NCBI GenBank assembly: GCA_963808235.1
Contig: CAWEEQ010000004.1
Location: 416,001-480,000 of the forward strand
DNA: 64,000 nucleotides
Source: an uncultured delta proteobacterium
Lineage (GTDB): Bacteria > Desulfobacterota > Binatia > Binatales > Binataceae
Direction: 5' to 3'
Position 1 is the stretch's first letter; each line of letters begins with the position of its first letter. A program made the position numbers and the translations under genes. The notes below the pieces were generated by a model. That model made no database searches and had not been told where the DNA came from. It saw only the letters and a list, made by a program, of their open reading frames with translations. Of the stretch, positions 47,381 through 58,178 are shown one piece after another.

Positions 47381-47456
47381 GGCTTCGTTCTTTCCTCCAT
47401 GCGATCGCATCGGCGAATCCGACGCCTCTCTGCAGCAGCAGTCGATCTTACGCCGC

Positions 47457-47846
47457 TTATATCATTTTGGAATTCATCGCCGGTTGGAGCATTTCCCCGC
47501 CAATTGTCATTATCGGGCGCACCTCGATTGTGCCGAGTTTCGCGAGGGGAATTTTTGTCGCGATCTCGACCGCCTCGTCCATATTCGCCGCGTCGACCAG
47601 GATGAAGCCGCCCAAATGCTCTTTGGTTTCGGCGAACGGTCCGTCGGTAATCTTTGCCTTGCCGCGGCGAACTCGCACGGTACGCGCGCTGCTGACCGGC
47701 TGGAGCGCATCGGAACCCAGGTAGCGGCCACTGCGGTCAAGCTCCTTATCATAGGCGATAGAGTCGCGGTCCAAAGTCGTTTTTTCGCTCGGCGTAAGTC
47801 CCGCCAACGTTCGCGGCTCGAAATAAACCAGGCACAGAAATTTCAT
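47457..47846 (-). CDS. YciI/DGPF-family protein
   Basis: TDGPFAETKEHLGGF, IEVRP. Confidence 0.93.
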   Translation of the reverse strand: MKFLCLVYFEPRTLAGLTPSEKTTLDRDSIAYDKELDRSGRYLGSDALQPVSSARTVRVRRGKAKITDGPFAETKEHLGGFILVDAANMDEAVEIATKIPLAKLGTIEVRPIMTIGGEMLQPAMNSKMI

Positions 47847-47896
47847 CGTTTAACTCCTTGCGCAGCGTCGATCGATTGATGCGCCAACATAGGTGA

Positions 47897-47923
47897 GTCG
47901 TTCGAGCTCCAACGGGATCGACA
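47897..47923 (-). promoter_or_regulatory. ECF42-type promoter of the first YciI gene
   Basis: Minus strand TGTCGA-N17-CGAC. Confidence 0.7.
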
Positions 47924-47994
47924 TTCCAACTTTCCAACGGGCTGTCAGGCCGCATATTCTCTGATAAACTTCCGATTACAGGCGGCAAAATATA

Positions 47995-49443
47995 ATGTCC
48001 AACGAACTCGTTGCTCCCGATAAATTCTTTCTGAACCGCTTCGGCATGAACCACGGCGCGCTCGAGCGAATCCTCGGCAGCGCGCTCGAACGCAAAGCCG
48101 ATTACGCCGATCTCTACTTCGAGTACCGCAGCTCGGAAGGCCTCGGTCTCGAAGAGTCGATGGTTAATCACACCAGCAAATCGGTCAGCCACGGCGTCGG
48201 CGTCCGCGTATGCGCCGACGATCGCACCGGCTACGCCTACTCCGACGAGGTGACGATCGACCGGATGCGCCTCGCCGCCGAGGCCGCCCGCGCGATCGCC
48301 GATCAGCGCGGCGCCGCGCCCGCCGCAGTGCAGGTCGGCACACCGGCCGCGCATCATGCGCTCTACGATCTCCCGAGCACCCCGCTCGACGTTCCAGTAG
48401 AGGAGCGCGCGAAATTGCTCAGCGAGATCGATAAGGTGGTGCGAGCCTACGATCCGCGCGTGAAAAACGTGATGGCGTCGTTCGCATGCGAGCAGAAGAT
48501 CGTGATGATCGTGAACAGCGACGGCCAAGTCGCCGCGGACATGCAGCCGTTATGCCGCCTCAACGTGACCGTTATTGCCGACGACGGCAAGGGCCGGCAA
48601 GCCGGCTCGTATGGTGGCGGCGGCCGAGTCGAGTGGAAATATTTTCTCGAGAACGAGCGCTGGCGCGAGTATGCGATCGAAGCGGCGCGGCAGGCGATCG
48701 TCAATCTCGACGCGGTTGATGCGCCCGCGGGCGAGATGGTTGTGGTGCTGGGCAACGGATGGCCGGGGATTCTGCTCCATGAGGCAATCGGTCACGGCCT
48801 CGAAGGCGACTTCAACCGCAAGGGCACATCGGCGTTCGCGAATCGAATCGGGGAGAAGGTCGCCAGCGAACTCTGTACGGTTATCGACGATGGGACTATC
48901 CCGAATCGGCGCGGCAGTTTGAATGTCGACGACGAAGGCACCAAGACCTCGCGCACCGTGCTGATCGAAAAGGGAATTCTGCGCGGTTATCTGCAGGATC
49001 GGATGAACGCGCGGCTGATGAAGATGGCGCCGACGGGCAACGGGCGGCGTGAGAGCTTCGCGCATTCTCCAATGCCGCGCATGACCAATACCTTCATGCT
49101 GGCCGGCGAATCGACGCCCGAGGAGATCATCAAGTCGGTGCAGAACGGACTCTACGCGGTCAGCTTCGGCGGCGGACAGGTCGATATTACCAATGGCAAA
49201 TTTGTTTTCTCCGCGAGCGAGGCTTACCTGATTGAAGACGGGAAAGTGACCCGGCCGGTGAAGGGCGCGACGCTTATCGGCAACGGGCCCGACGTTCTCA
49301 CCCGCGTCTCGATGGTGGGCAACGACCTGGCGCTCGACGCGGGCGTCGGGACCTGTGGCAAGGACGGGCAGTCGGTGCCGGTGGGCGTGGGGCTGCCGAC
49401 GATTCGAATCGACGGCATAACGGTCGGCGGCACTCGCGCCTGA
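47995..49443 (+). CDS. tldD: Metalloprotease TldD
   Basis: GILLHEAIGHGLEGDFNRKG, PRMTNT, GTCGKDGQSVPVGVG. Confidence 0.97.
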   Translation: MSNELVAPDKFFLNRFGMNHGALERILGSALERKADYADLYFEYRSSEGLGLEESMVNHTSKSVSHGVGVRVCADDRTGYAYSDEVTIDRMRLAAEAARAIADQRGAAPAAVQVGTPAAHHALYDLPSTPLDVPVEERAKLLSEIDKVVRAYDPRVKNVMASFACEQKIVMIVNSDGQVAADMQPLCRLNVTVIADDGKGRQAGSYGGGGRVEWKYFLENERWREYAIEAARQAIVNLDAVDAPAGEMVVVLGNGWPGILLHEAIGHGLEGDFNRKGTSAFANRIGEKVASELCTVIDDGTIPNRRGSLNVDDEGTKTSRTVLIEKGILRGYLQDRMNARLMKMAPTGNGRRESFAHSPMPRMTNTFMLAGESTPEEIIKSVQNGLYAVSFGGGQVDITNGKFVFSASEAYLIEDGKVTRPVKGATLIGNGPDVLTRVSMVGNDLALDAGVGTCGKDGQSVPVGVGLPTIRIDGITVGGTRA

Positions 49444-49458
49444 CGCTGGGAAATACCG

Positions 49459-50805
49459 ATGGCTTTGGATTTGGAACTCGCCAATTGGGCGCTCGACGAG
49501 GCAAAGAAGAAAGGCGCGAGCGCCGCGGAAGTTTTGTGTGTTACCGGAGAGTCGCTCATGGCCGGGGTGCGGATGGGCGAGGTCGAGAAGCTCAAGAGTT
49601 CGCGCGAGCGGCGGCTCGGCCTGCGCGTATTCTGCGGGCAGTCTTCCGCGACTTCGTCGACGGCCGAGATCGAGCGCGACGCGCTGGTGGATTTCGTCGC
49701 GCATACGGTCGAGTTGGCGCGTTTGTCGGCGTCCGATCCGTGGGCGGGGCTTCCAGAGCCATCGCTGCATCCCAAGTCATTGCCCGAACTCTCTTTGGCC
49801 GATCCTGACAGCGGCATCGTGGATGCTGACCGTGCACTCGAGATTGCGCGTCGCGGCGAGAATGCGGCGCTTAAATTCGATCCGAGGATCAAGAATTCCG
49901 GCGGCGCTGAATTCAGCTCCGGGCGTGGCCAGGTGCTGTTCGCCAACAGCCAGGGATTTTCAGGCGAGTATGCCGGCACGTCTTACTCGCTCGTGGTCGG
50001 ACCGATCGCCCAGGAAGGCGAGGCGATGCAGCAGGGATACTGGTACACCTCGAATCGGCGCTTCGGAAAACTCGAAGACGCGGAGTCGGTCGGCGTCACT
50101 TCAGCGAAGCGGGCACTCAGGCGTCTTGGCGCGCGCAAGATCAAGACGACCCGCGCGCCGGTCGTGTTCGATCCGCAGATGGCGGCGGGACTAATTCGAT
50201 CGATCGTCGGCGCCGCCTCGGGCCCGTCGCTCTACAAGGGCGCATCGTTCCTGGTCGGGCAGTTGGGAAATCGGATCGCCGCCCCCGGTGTCGCGATTAT
50301 CGACGACGCGCTGATCCCCGCGGGTCTCGGCTCCAAGCCCTTCGACGGCGAGGGCCTGCCGACTTCGCGCCGGCATGTGGTCGAGAAGGGCGTGCTGACC
50401 TCGTATCTGCTCGACTGCTACTCGGCGCGCAAGCTGGGCCTGGCGCCGACGGGCAATGCGGCGCGCTCGGTGGGCGACGCTCCGACCGTATCGACCACTA
50501 ATCTATATCTCGAGCCGGGCAGCTACACGCCCGAGCAGATAATCGGCTCGGTGAAGCAGGGACTCTACCTGACCGAGACAATCGGCTTCGGGGTGAACAT
50601 GGTTACCGGCGACTACTCGCGGGGCGCGAGCGGAATCTGGATCGAGGACGGTGAGCTTGCCTATCCGGTGCAGGAAATCACGATCGCAGGCAATCTCAAG
50701 GACATGATGGGCGGGATCGAGATGATCGGGAACGACCTCGAATGGCGATCTTCCACCGCGGCGCCGACGATCAAGATAACTGAGATGATGATCGCGGGCG
50801 CCTGA
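49459..50805 (+). CDS. pmbA: TldE/PmbA non-catalytic partner
   Basis: FDGEG, SARKLG, VTGDYSRGASG, EITIAGNL; adjacent to tldD. Confidence 0.94.
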   Translation: MALDLELANWALDEAKKKGASAAEVLCVTGESLMAGVRMGEVEKLKSSRERRLGLRVFCGQSSATSSTAEIERDALVDFVAHTVELARLSASDPWAGLPEPSLHPKSLPELSLADPDSGIVDADRALEIARRGENAALKFDPRIKNSGGAEFSSGRGQVLFANSQGFSGEYAGTSYSLVVGPIAQEGEAMQQGYWYTSNRRFGKLEDAESVGVTSAKRALRRLGARKIKTTRAPVVFDPQMAAGLIRSIVGAASGPSLYKGASFLVGQLGNRIAAPGVAIIDDALIPAGLGSKPFDGEGLPTSRRHVVEKGVLTSYLLDCYSARKLGLAPTGNAARSVGDAPTVSTTNLYLEPGSYTPEQIIGSVKQGLYLTETIGFGVNMVTGDYSRGASGIWIEDGELAYPVQEITIAGNLKDMMGGIEMIGNDLEWRSSTAAPTIKITEMMIAGA

Positions 50806-50939
50806 GCTGCGTTTGCTCCCCTAAAAAGGCCTCCATTTCGATAGTTACGACCGCTTGACGCATCTCCCTGCGTGAGATAACAGTTTGTAGGGTTTATTTA
50901 CACATCGGCCGTCACGAGTGCAGCCGCAAGGAGACGCGT

Positions 50940-51752
50940 ATGAACCTTCAAGTCTCGGCGCAAGTCCATGAGAGGCTGCTTGCCAAGCTCTCATCGATGG
51001 GCCTGCCGCGTGAAGCGGCGGCCACTCTGCTGGAACGCCACATGGTGGTGCGATATCCAAAGGGCGCGGAACTATTCTCCAAGGGATCGCCCGCCGACGT
51101 GGTTTTCGCGGTCATGACCGGCGTGGTCAAGGTTCACAGCTCGCGACCGGGCAGCGATCGCGTGCTGGTCGAATTGGCTGGACCGGGCGACCTGGTTGGA
51201 TACGCAGATTTCTCCGACGTGGACGGCGAGCGATCGCAACTTTTCGAGGCGGCGGCCCTGACCAACTGCTGCGTCGCGTTGTTCACCCGCCATCACATTG
51301 CGGAAGTTCTCAAGGGCCTCGAGCCCGAGGCCTTGCTTAAAATTGCCGAGTCGATCAATTCGATATGGTCAGGTGTCGCCTACCGCTACGCGTCGTTCCT
51401 CGGAATGTCGCTGCGCAAACGGCTTGAGGTGGTTCTGGCCGAATTGGCGGAACGCTTCGGGGTGCCGGATTCTCGCGGAACGCTCCTGATGCCGGAACTT
51501 GCGCAGGAGGAACTCGCCGAGATGATCGGCAGTTCGCGCCCGATGGTGAGCAAGCTTTTGACTGAGATGACAGAGCGGGGCGTCCTCATCCGCGAGGGCA
51601 GGCGGCACATCCTGCTGACCGCGCCGAAGCCGGCCACTGTCGGTTCGCCGGCGCGTGAAGCGGGCTTGCATCCGGCGTTCGAGCCCAATGGCCGCGTGCG
51701 CGCGGAACGTCGCACGACGCGTGGCAATCCGGCGCCAGCCGCGAACGTCTAG
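50940..51752 (+). CDS. Crp/Fnr family transcriptional regulator
   Basis: cNMP-binding-like domain plus HTH (LAQEELAEMIGSSRPMVSKLL); AAGGAG RBS. Confidence 0.9.
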   Translation: MNLQVSAQVHERLLAKLSSMGLPREAAATLLERHMVVRYPKGAELFSKGSPADVVFAVMTGVVKVHSSRPGSDRVLVELAGPGDLVGYADFSDVDGERSQLFEAAALTNCCVALFTRHHIAEVLKGLEPEALLKIAESINSIWSGVAYRYASFLGMSLRKRLEVVLAELAERFGVPDSRGTLLMPELAQEELAEMIGSSRPMVSKLLTEMTERGVLIREGRRHILLTAPKPATVGSPAREAGLHPAFEPNGRVRAERRTTRGNPAPAANV

Positions 51753-51774
51753 TTCGCAGCCGCGCTCGACGTCG

Positions 51775-53025
51775 TCAAGTTGGCAGGGCCGACTGACGAT
51801 GCTGAAGGAAAACGCGGACAGCGGGATCGCGCTCCAGGCCGATTGCGATTTCGTATGCGTGTCGAGCTTCGCGGTGTGCGCCGGTCCTGGCGAGCAGCTC
51901 CGCGCGAGCGGCCCAATAGGGTTGGTATTCATTGAGCCGGGCATCGCCGGCGACTTCATGCAATGCTTCGAGAGCGGCGCTCGGGCCGAGCGTCTCCGCG
52001 ATCGCCAGACTGCGATTGATCGCGACCACCGGCGAGCCGGAGAGCGCCAACAGCGCGTCGTATAGCTGCACGACCGATTCCCAATTTGGGTGGCCGGTGC
52101 GACGTCGATAAACGTGCGCCGACTGGAGCGCGGCTTCGAGTTGATAGCGGCCGAGTGAGCCCAGGGCGCTCGCGCGTAAGAGCAGCGCCTCGGCTTCATC
52201 GATCATCCGCGAGTCCCAAAGCGCGGGATCCTGCTCGGCAAGCGGAACGTACTCTGCGTTCACACTGCGCCGTGCGCGACGCCGCGCTTCCGCATGAAGC
52301 ATGAGCGCGAGCAGACCCATCGGCTCCGGCTCCCCGGGCAGCAGTTCGGTCAGCAACCGGCCGAGAAAGATGGCTTCATCGGCTAGATCGCGCCGTGCGA
52401 TATCCGTGCCTGCGGGATCGATCCAGCCTTGAGCAAACGCCGCGTAGATTGCGTCGAGCACGGTGTCGAGCCGGTCGCGCAGCTCTTCACGAGCCGGAAT
52501 GCGAAACGGGATGTGTGTCTCGCGGATCTTGTTCTTCGCGCGGACCAGGCGCTGGCCCATCGCGGCCGGAGACATCAGGAAGGCGGAGGCAATCGCGGCC
52601 GCATCGAATCCCAGCACCACCTGGAGAATCAACGGCGCGCGGACGCCGGCGTCGATAGCCGGATGTGCACACGCAAACATCAGACCGAGACGTTGATCGG
52701 GAATCTCCGCATCGGCGGCGGCAGCCTCGAGTTCTTCGGCCATGAGGAGCAGATCGCGGGCCGCGTCGCGGCGATACGCTTGTCGCCGGGCGACATCGAT
52801 CAGCTTTCGCCGCGCGACGGTCATCAGCCACGCCTCCGGATTCGTCGGGCATCCATTGTGCGGCCAATCTTTCAGCGCCGCTGCGAACGCCTCCGACAGC
52901 GCGTCTTCGGCAGCGGCCACGTCGCGGGTGCGCGCCGCGAGAAAGGCGACCAGCTTGCCGTAACTGCGGCGGGCGACCGCGTCCGCCGTGCTACGCGCCT
53001 GCTCATCGCCTTCGCCGGAGTTCAT
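51775..53025 (-). CDS. ECF sigma factor, group ECF42 (C-terminal TPR-like extension)
   Basis: AEDAL.EAF..AL..WP, FACAHPAI, QRLVRAK.KI, VPLAEQD..LWD, GRYQLEAA, SPVVAINR; linked to DGPF genes. Confidence 0.92.
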   Translation of the reverse strand: MNSGEGDEQARSTADAVARRSYGKLVAFLAARTRDVAAAEDALSEAFAAALKDWPHNGCPTNPEAWLMTVARRKLIDVARRQAYRRDAARDLLLMAEELEAAAADAEIPDQRLGLMFACAHPAIDAGVRAPLILQVVLGFDAAAIASAFLMSPAAMGQRLVRAKNKIRETHIPFRIPAREELRDRLDTVLDAIYAAFAQGWIDPAGTDIARRDLADEAIFLGRLLTELLPGEPEPMGLLALMLHAEARRRARRSVNAEYVPLAEQDPALWDSRMIDEAEALLLRASALGSLGRYQLEAALQSAHVYRRRTGHPNWESVVQLYDALLALSGSPVVAINRSLAIAETLGPSAALEALHEVAGDARLNEYQPYWAARAELLARTGAHREARHAYEIAIGLERDPAVRVFLQHRQSALPT

Positions 53026-53046
53026 ACGATTACTTGAGCGCGGAGC

Positions 53047-53694
53047 TCAGCCGCCGCGCTGCATCTGAGCCAGCCCTTCGGCGATTTCGCCGAGCGCCCG
53101 CTTGACCGACGCTCGGGTCTGCACATGACTCCACCACGCCGCGAGATTCGGACGCTCCTCGAGCGGCGGTTTGGCGCCGTTAAGCGGGAGCATCTTCACC
53201 GCAAAGAATATCGTTGGCGCGAGTGCGCAGTCGGCCAGGGTAAAATCTTTTCCGGCTGCGAAGCCAACTGCGGGCAACATTCTGTCGAGTTGATCGAGGC
53301 GCCGATTGAACTCGGACAACGCCGCGGTGAGCACCTTTTCGTTGCGGTTCCTCGGATCGAGCTGCGCGGTCAGAACATCCTGGGTCGCGGTCAGATAGAG
53401 ATCGTGGAAGCGGGTGAAGGTACGCACCCGTGCGCGCGCTTCCGGCGATTTTGGCAGCAGCGGGGGAGTCGGGAACCTGTCCTCAAGATATTCGTTAATT
53501 GTTTCCGACTCAGGAATGATGAGCGCGTCGGCATCGAGGGCCGGCGTCTTTCCGAGGAAATTGATCTTCAGGTACTCGGGTGATTTCAGATCGTTGCCCG
53601 GAATCGGCACGATGTCGATGTCGAGGCCTTTATCGTAAATCGCGATGCGTGATTTGGCCGCGAAGTTGGACGCGTTCACGTTGTAAAGTTTCAC
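53047..53694 (-). CDS. Glutathione S-transferase family protein
   Basis: INFLGKTPAL, ESETINEYLE, FTLADC; GTG start with GAGG RBS. Confidence 0.92.
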   Translation of the reverse strand: MKLYNVNASNFAAKSRIAIYDKGLDIDIVPIPGNDLKSPEYLKINFLGKTPALDADALIIPESETINEYLEDRFPTPPLLPKSPEARARVRTFTRFHDLYLTATQDVLTAQLDPRNRNEKVLTAALSEFNRRLDQLDRMLPAVGFAAGKDFTLADCALAPTIFFAVKMLPLNGAKPPLEERPNLAAWWSHVQTRASVKRALGEIAEGLAQMQRGG

Positions 53695-53730
53695 CGCATC
53701 TATTCCTCGCACTTGACGAGCCAACGGGGC

Positions 53731-54081
53731 TCACGGCTCGTTCCAGAACGGCCTCACCTCGATGATACCGTGGCTCGCGGCCGGACATCGCGATGCCCAC
53801 GAGATCGCCGCGTCGAGGTCGGGCACATCGATCGCGTAGTAGCCGCCGAGCTGCTCCTTAGAGTCCGCATAAGGACCGTCGAGCACTTGCGACTTGCCGT
53901 TGGTGACGCGCACCGTGGTCGCGTTCGAGGTCGGCTGGAGGCGATTCGAGCCGAGAAGAGCGCCTGCCTTTTTCAGCGCCTCGGTGTAAGCGCCATACGC
54001 CGCCATCGCCTGATCCTGTTCGGTCTTGGTCAGTTTGGACCAACCATCTTCCTGAGCATAGAGCATCAGAATGTACTGCAT
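53731..54081 (-). CDS. YciI/DGPF-family protein
   Basis: AAGGAGG RBS; LDGPYADSKEQLGGYY, IEVRP. Confidence 0.93.
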   Translation of the reverse strand: MQYILMLYAQEDGWSKLTKTEQDQAMAAYGAYTEALKKAGALLGSNRLQPTSNATTVRVTNGKSQVLDGPYADSKEQLGGYYAIDVPDLDAAISWASRCPAASHGIIEVRPFWNEP

Positions 54082-54131
54082 GTGAAGCCTCCTTAATTGT
54101 GGGCGTGCATTTATTGCTTCCCTGCCATAAT

Positions 54132-54158
54132 GACGCTCGGACTCCGGCGATTTCGACA
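54132..54158 (-). promoter_or_regulatory. ECF42-type promoter of the yciI-gst-ecf42 operon
   Basis: Minus strand TGTCGA-N17-CGTC. Confidence 0.72.
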
Positions 54159-54325
54159 TCCTATTGATTTTCCCAAAGCGGAAGTCCGAGACCCGATTGT
54201 CCACGCGCACGAGGTTTGGTGTTGAGCTTAAGTTGCGTGCTACTCCAATTTCAGGGCATCGCGGCACGCGCGACGATGCTCCTTGCCGCCGGTCTCTCAA
54301 TGGTTAGGTTTAAGGAGCGAATCGA

Positions 54326-56938
54326 ATGAACGCAAATCGCTTTACCGAAAAACTTCAAGAAGCGCTGGGACGCGCGCAAAACGCGGCGCTTACCGCGCAT
54401 AACCAGGCGGTCGACGTCGAGCACTTGCTCTCGGCACTGCTCGAGGACGACGACGGGCTGGTGTCGTCGATAGTGACGCTAAGCGGCGCCGATCGCGCGG
54501 CGCTACGGCAGAAGCTCGATGCGGAACTCGCGAAAATTCCCCGCGTCACCGGCAGCGGTTCCGACAGCGGACAAGTTTACGCTACCCAGCGTCTTGGCCG
54601 GGTGCTCGCACGCGCCGAGCAGGAAGCGGGCAAACTCAAGGACGAATATGTCTCGGTCGAGCACGTGCTGATCGCGATGCTCGACGAGCCGGGCGCGGCG
54701 GCGAAGCTGCTTCGCGAAGCCGGGCTCACGCATGACAAGTTGATGGGTGTGCTCAAGAAAGTGCGCGGCAGTCAGCGCGTCACTTCGTCCAATCCTGAAG
54801 CCACTTACCAGGCGCTCGAGCGTTACGGCCGCGACCTGACCAAGCTCGCGGCGGCGGGCAAAGTAGATCCGGTTATCGGACGCGATGAGGAAATCCGCCG
54901 CGTCATCCAGGTGCTCTCGCGCCGGACCAAGAACAATCCCGTGCTGATCGGCGAGCCAGGCGTGGGCAAAACGGCGATTGTCGAGGGGCTGGCGCAGCGA
55001 ATCGTCGCGGGCGATGTGCCCGACGGCTTGAAGAACCGCAAGCTGGTCGCGCTCGACATGGGCGCGCTTATTGCGGGAGCGAAATTCCGCGGCGAATTCG
55101 AGGAGCGCCTGAAAGCCGTCCTGAAGGAAGTGCAGGAGGCCGCCGGCGAGATAATTCTGTTCATCGACGAGCTGCATACGGTGATCGGCGCGGGCGCCGC
55201 GGAAGGCGCGATGGATGCGTCGAACCTGCTGAAGCCGATGCTCGCGCGCGGCGAGTTGCATTGTATCGGCGCGACTACGCTCGACGAGTATCGCAAGCAT
55301 ATCGAGAAAGATGCGGCGCTGGAGCGTCGCTTCCAGCCGGTGTTGGTCGAGGAGCCCAGCGTCGAAGATACCATTTCGATTCTGCGCGGATTGAAGGAAC
55401 GCTACGAGGTCCATCACGGAATCCGGATCAAGGACAGTGCCCTGGTAACGGCCGCGGTGCTTTCCAAGCGCTACATCACGGATCGGTTCCTGCCCGACAA
55501 GGCGATTGACCTGGTCGACGAAGCCGCGGCAAAGTTGCGCACCGAAAAAGAATCGATGCCGGTCGAGATAGATGAAGTGAACCGGCGGGTGATGCAACTG
55601 GAGATCGAGCGTGAAGCGCTCAAGCGCGAGACCGACAAGGCGTCGCGCGAGCGGCTCGAAAAGCTGGAAAAAGAGCTTGCCGAAATAAAAGAGAAGCGCG
55701 CGGGGTTGCAGGCGCAGTGGCAAACCGAAAAGGGCGGGCTCGAGGCGCTTGCGAAGATCAAAGCTGAAATCGAGCAGACCAGGCTCGCGATCGAAAAAGC
55801 CAAGCGCGAGTACGACCTCAACAAGGTCGCCGAGCTGCAATACGGAAAGCTCGCGACGCTGGAAAAAAATCTGGCCGCGGAAGAGGAAAAACTGATCGAA
55901 AAGCACGGCGGCGGCGATCGGTTGATCAAAGAGGAGGTGGACGAAGACGATATCGCCGAAGTGGTGGCGCGATGGACCGGAGTGCCGGTCTCGAGGCTGC
56001 TCGAAGGCGAAGTGCAGAAGCTCGCGCATCTGGAGGAGCATCTGCACAAACGCGTGATCGGCCAGGACGAAGCGGTGATCGCGGTCTCAGACGCGGTGAT
56101 TCGCGCGCGCTCGGGACTGAAGGATCCAAATCGGCCGATCGGCTCGTTCATTTTTCTGGGGCCGACCGGTGTCGGCAAGACCGAACTTGCGCGCGCGCTG
56201 GCGGCATTCCTGTTCGACGACGAAGCCGCGATGATCCGAATCGACATGTCCGAGTACATGGAGAAGCACACCGTCTCGCGGCTGGTCGGCGCGCCCCCGG
56301 GCTACGTCGGCTTCGAGGAGGGCGGGCAACTGACTGAAGCGGTGCGACGGCGTCCGTATTCCGTGGTCCTGTTCGACGAGATCGAAAAGGCTCATGGCGA
56401 CGTGTTCAACGTGTTGCTGCAACTGCTCGACGACGGACGGCTCACCGACGGTCACGGCCGCACGGTGGATTTCCGCAATACAGTCGTGATCATGACCTCC
56501 AATATCGCAAGCCAGCTCATCCTCGGATTCAAAGGTCAGGACTACGAGAAGATGAAGATGCAGGCGCTCGAGGTCCTGCGGCAAAGCTTCAGGCCCGAGT
56601 TCCTGAACCGCGTCGATGAGGTCGTGGTGTTCCATCCGCTGACGCGCGAAGAGTTACGCCAGATAGTCGATATCCAGCTGACGCGATTGCGGGAGCGCCT
56701 CGAGGAGCGAAAGATCGTGCTCGAGCTGAGCGATAAGGCTCGCGACTATCTTGCCGAGCATGGCTACGATCCGTCATACGGCGCGCGTCCGCTGAAGCGG
56801 ATGATCCAGCGGGAGCTTGAGACCTCGCTCGGGCGAAAGCTGTTGTCGGGCGAGATTCGCGACGGCTCCCGAGTCACGGTGGACGCCGGTCAGAAGGGGT
56901 TGGAATTCTCGAGCATCGTATCGCCCAATCCAAGCTAA
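54326..56938 (+). CDS. clpB: ATP-dependent chaperone ClpB
   Basis: Two AAA+ modules ([16 protein letters not shown]), long coiled-coil middle domain, no ClpP-binding IGF loop seen. Confidence 0.97.
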   Translation: MNANRFTEKLQEALGRAQNAALTAHNQAVDVEHLLSALLEDDDGLVSSIVTLSGADRAALRQKLDAELAKIPRVTGSGSDSGQVYATQRLGRVLARAEQEAGKLKDEYVSVEHVLIAMLDEPGAAAKLLREAGLTHDKLMGVLKKVRGSQRVTSSNPEATYQALERYGRDLTKLAAAGKVDPVIGRDEEIRRVIQVLSRRTKNNPVLIGEPGVGKTAIVEGLAQRIVAGDVPDGLKNRKLVALDMGALIAGAKFRGEFEERLKAVLKEVQEAAGEIILFIDELHTVIGAGAAEGAMDASNLLKPMLARGELHCIGATTLDEYRKHIEKDAALERRFQPVLVEEPSVEDTISILRGLKERYEVHHGIRIKDSALVTAAVLSKRYITDRFLPDKAIDLVDEAAAKLRTEKESMPVEIDEVNRRVMQLEIEREALKRETDKASRERLEKLEKELAEIKEKRAGLQAQWQTEKGGLEALAKIKAEIEQTRLAIEKAKREYDLNKVAELQYGKLATLEKNLAAEEEKLIEKHGGGDRLIKEEVDEDDIAEVVARWTGVPVSRLLEGEVQKLAHLEEHLHKRVIGQDEAVIAVSDAVIRARSGLKDPNRPIGSFIFLGPTGVGKTELARALAAFLFDDEAAMIRIDMSEYMEKHTVSRLVGAPPGYVGFEEGGQLTEAVRRRPYSVVLFDEIEKAHGDVFNVLLQLLDDGRLTDGHGRTVDFRNTVVIMTSNIASQLILGFKGQDYEKMKMQALEVLRQSFRPEFLNRVDEVVVFHPLTREELRQIVDIQLTRLRERLEERKIVLELSDKARDYLAEHGYDPSYGARPLKRMIQRELETSLGRKLLSGEIRDGSRVTVDAGQKGLEFSSIVSPNPS

Positions 56939-56978
56939 GTAGCTGTTTTTCAAGCAATATCTCTCACGACTCGCGACA

Positions 56979-57002
56979 GGCCGCGCTCCCCGGGGCGCGG
57001 CC
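56979..57002. terminator. GC hairpin after clpB
   Basis: GGCCGCGCTC-CCCG-GGGCGCGGCC; no U-tract. Confidence 0.4.
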
Positions 57003-57013
57003 GCATAGCCATC

Positions 57014-57041
57014 TTGCCTCGCTCAAAATAACGGTTATTCT
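57014..57041 (+). promoter_or_regulatory. Candidate sigma70 promoter with an overlapping palindrome
   Basis: TTGCCT-N16-TATTCT; AATAAC-G-GTTATT at 57027-57039. Confidence 0.4.
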
Positions 57042-57146
57042 TTAGATGATGTGATGCTGGAGTGATCGCTTCATGAGTTCAGCTAATATGCTGTTGATGA
57101 GGCGGGCCAGCGAAATCTTTATTTTTTGGCAACAGGAAGGTGTGCA

Positions 57147-57605
57147 ATGGCTGGTTCAGTGATCGATCTCGGAATTGTACCGGCGGGTCCGCGAATTTCG
57201 CGCCGCCGCATGATTCTTCGCGTGGTGATAGTGACGCTCGCGATTGCGGTTAGCGCGGCGCTCGCGTTGCTTCCAAATCCCGCCAAGGCCGCGGGCAGTC
57301 CAATCGTCATCAAGATGTCCGACAAGGCGCCATTTTATGCGCCTGAAAAAGTTTCGATAAAAGCCGGAGACAGCGTGCAATGGGTGAACGACGGTCAGAC
57401 GGTTCATTCCGTCTCGACGACGGCCGCTAATGCGCAGAATCCGAAAGACACGTCGATGCCCAAAGGCGCGGTGGCCTTCGATTCCGGCTTTATCCCGCCG
57501 GGCGGCGATTACAGCTACACATTTACCGTGCCCGGCACGTATCGTTACTTTTGCCTTCCGCACGAGAAGGCGGGTATGGTCGGGGTTATCGTCGTAGAGA
57601 AGTAG
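57147..57605 (+). CDS. Exported plastocyanin/azurin-family blue copper protein
   Basis: Signal peptide; type-1 Cu ligands HSV...YFCLPHEKAGMVG. Confidence 0.92.
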   Translation: MAGSVIDLGIVPAGPRISRRRMILRVVIVTLAIAVSAALALLPNPAKAAGSPIVIKMSDKAPFYAPEKVSIKAGDSVQWVNDGQTVHSVSTTAANAQNPKDTSMPKGAVAFDSGFIPPGGDYSYTFTVPGTYRYFCLPHEKAGMVGVIVVEK

Positions 57606-57623
57606 AGACTCGCGAGTTTCGAA

Positions 57624-58178
57624 ATGATGACGAGCGCGCTTTGCAACATCATGACCCGCGTCGCGCTTGCGATGTTCGCGATCACGATCGTTGCGGCGAT
57701 CTCGCCGGCGCCTGCCGAATGTTTTCCATGGAGCATCGACATGTATCGGGGGCCGGAGACTCAGCCGTTTGCGAAGGCGCCGCGGGTCACGCCCGCCGAT
57801 ACGCTTCCTGTGCATGGGGAGCCGCCGATGAATCTCGAGCAGGCTACGATCAAGATGCACAATCCGCTGCAGCCGACGGCGCAAAATCTCGCTGCCGGCC
57901 GGGATCAATTCAACACCTCCTGCGCGCCATGCCACGGTGCTACGGGGCAGGGTGACGGTCCGGCCGCGCACATTTTGTCGAAGCCGCCGAAGAATCTGAT
58001 CTCGGGTACGAGCAAAGATCTTCCCGACGGCTATATCTACGGAGCGATTCGCGACGGCATCCTCACGATGCCCTCCTACGCCGCGGAGATCCCGCCCGAG
58101 CGGCGCTGGCAGGTAGTTGAGTATTTGCGATCGATGCAGCAGACGGCTGCGGCGAAAAAAAAGGTCGCCGAGAAGTAG
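57624..58178 (+). CDS. Exported monoheme c-type cytochrome (ActE-like)
   Basis: Signal peptide, DMY motif, CAPCH, axial Met in MPSY, RWQVVEYLR. Confidence 0.9.
   Translation: MMTSALCNIMTRVALAMFAITIVAAISPAPAECFPWSIDMYRGPETQPFAKAPRVTPADTLPVHGEPPMNLEQATIKMHNPLQPTAQNLAAGRDQFNTSCAPCHGATGQGDGPAAHILSKPPKNLISGTSKDLPDGYIYGAIRDGILTMPSYAAEIPPERRWQVVEYLRSMQQTAAAKKKVAEK

Noticed and set aside
47995-50805. RiPP biosynthetic cluster around tldD/pmbA
   Set aside because: No precursor peptide, YcaO or other modifying enzymes nearby; TldDE is a widespread housekeeping pair.
54200-54325. CIRCE, HAIR or sigma32 element upstream of clpB
   Set aside because: Only partial, poorly spaced matches; not supportable.
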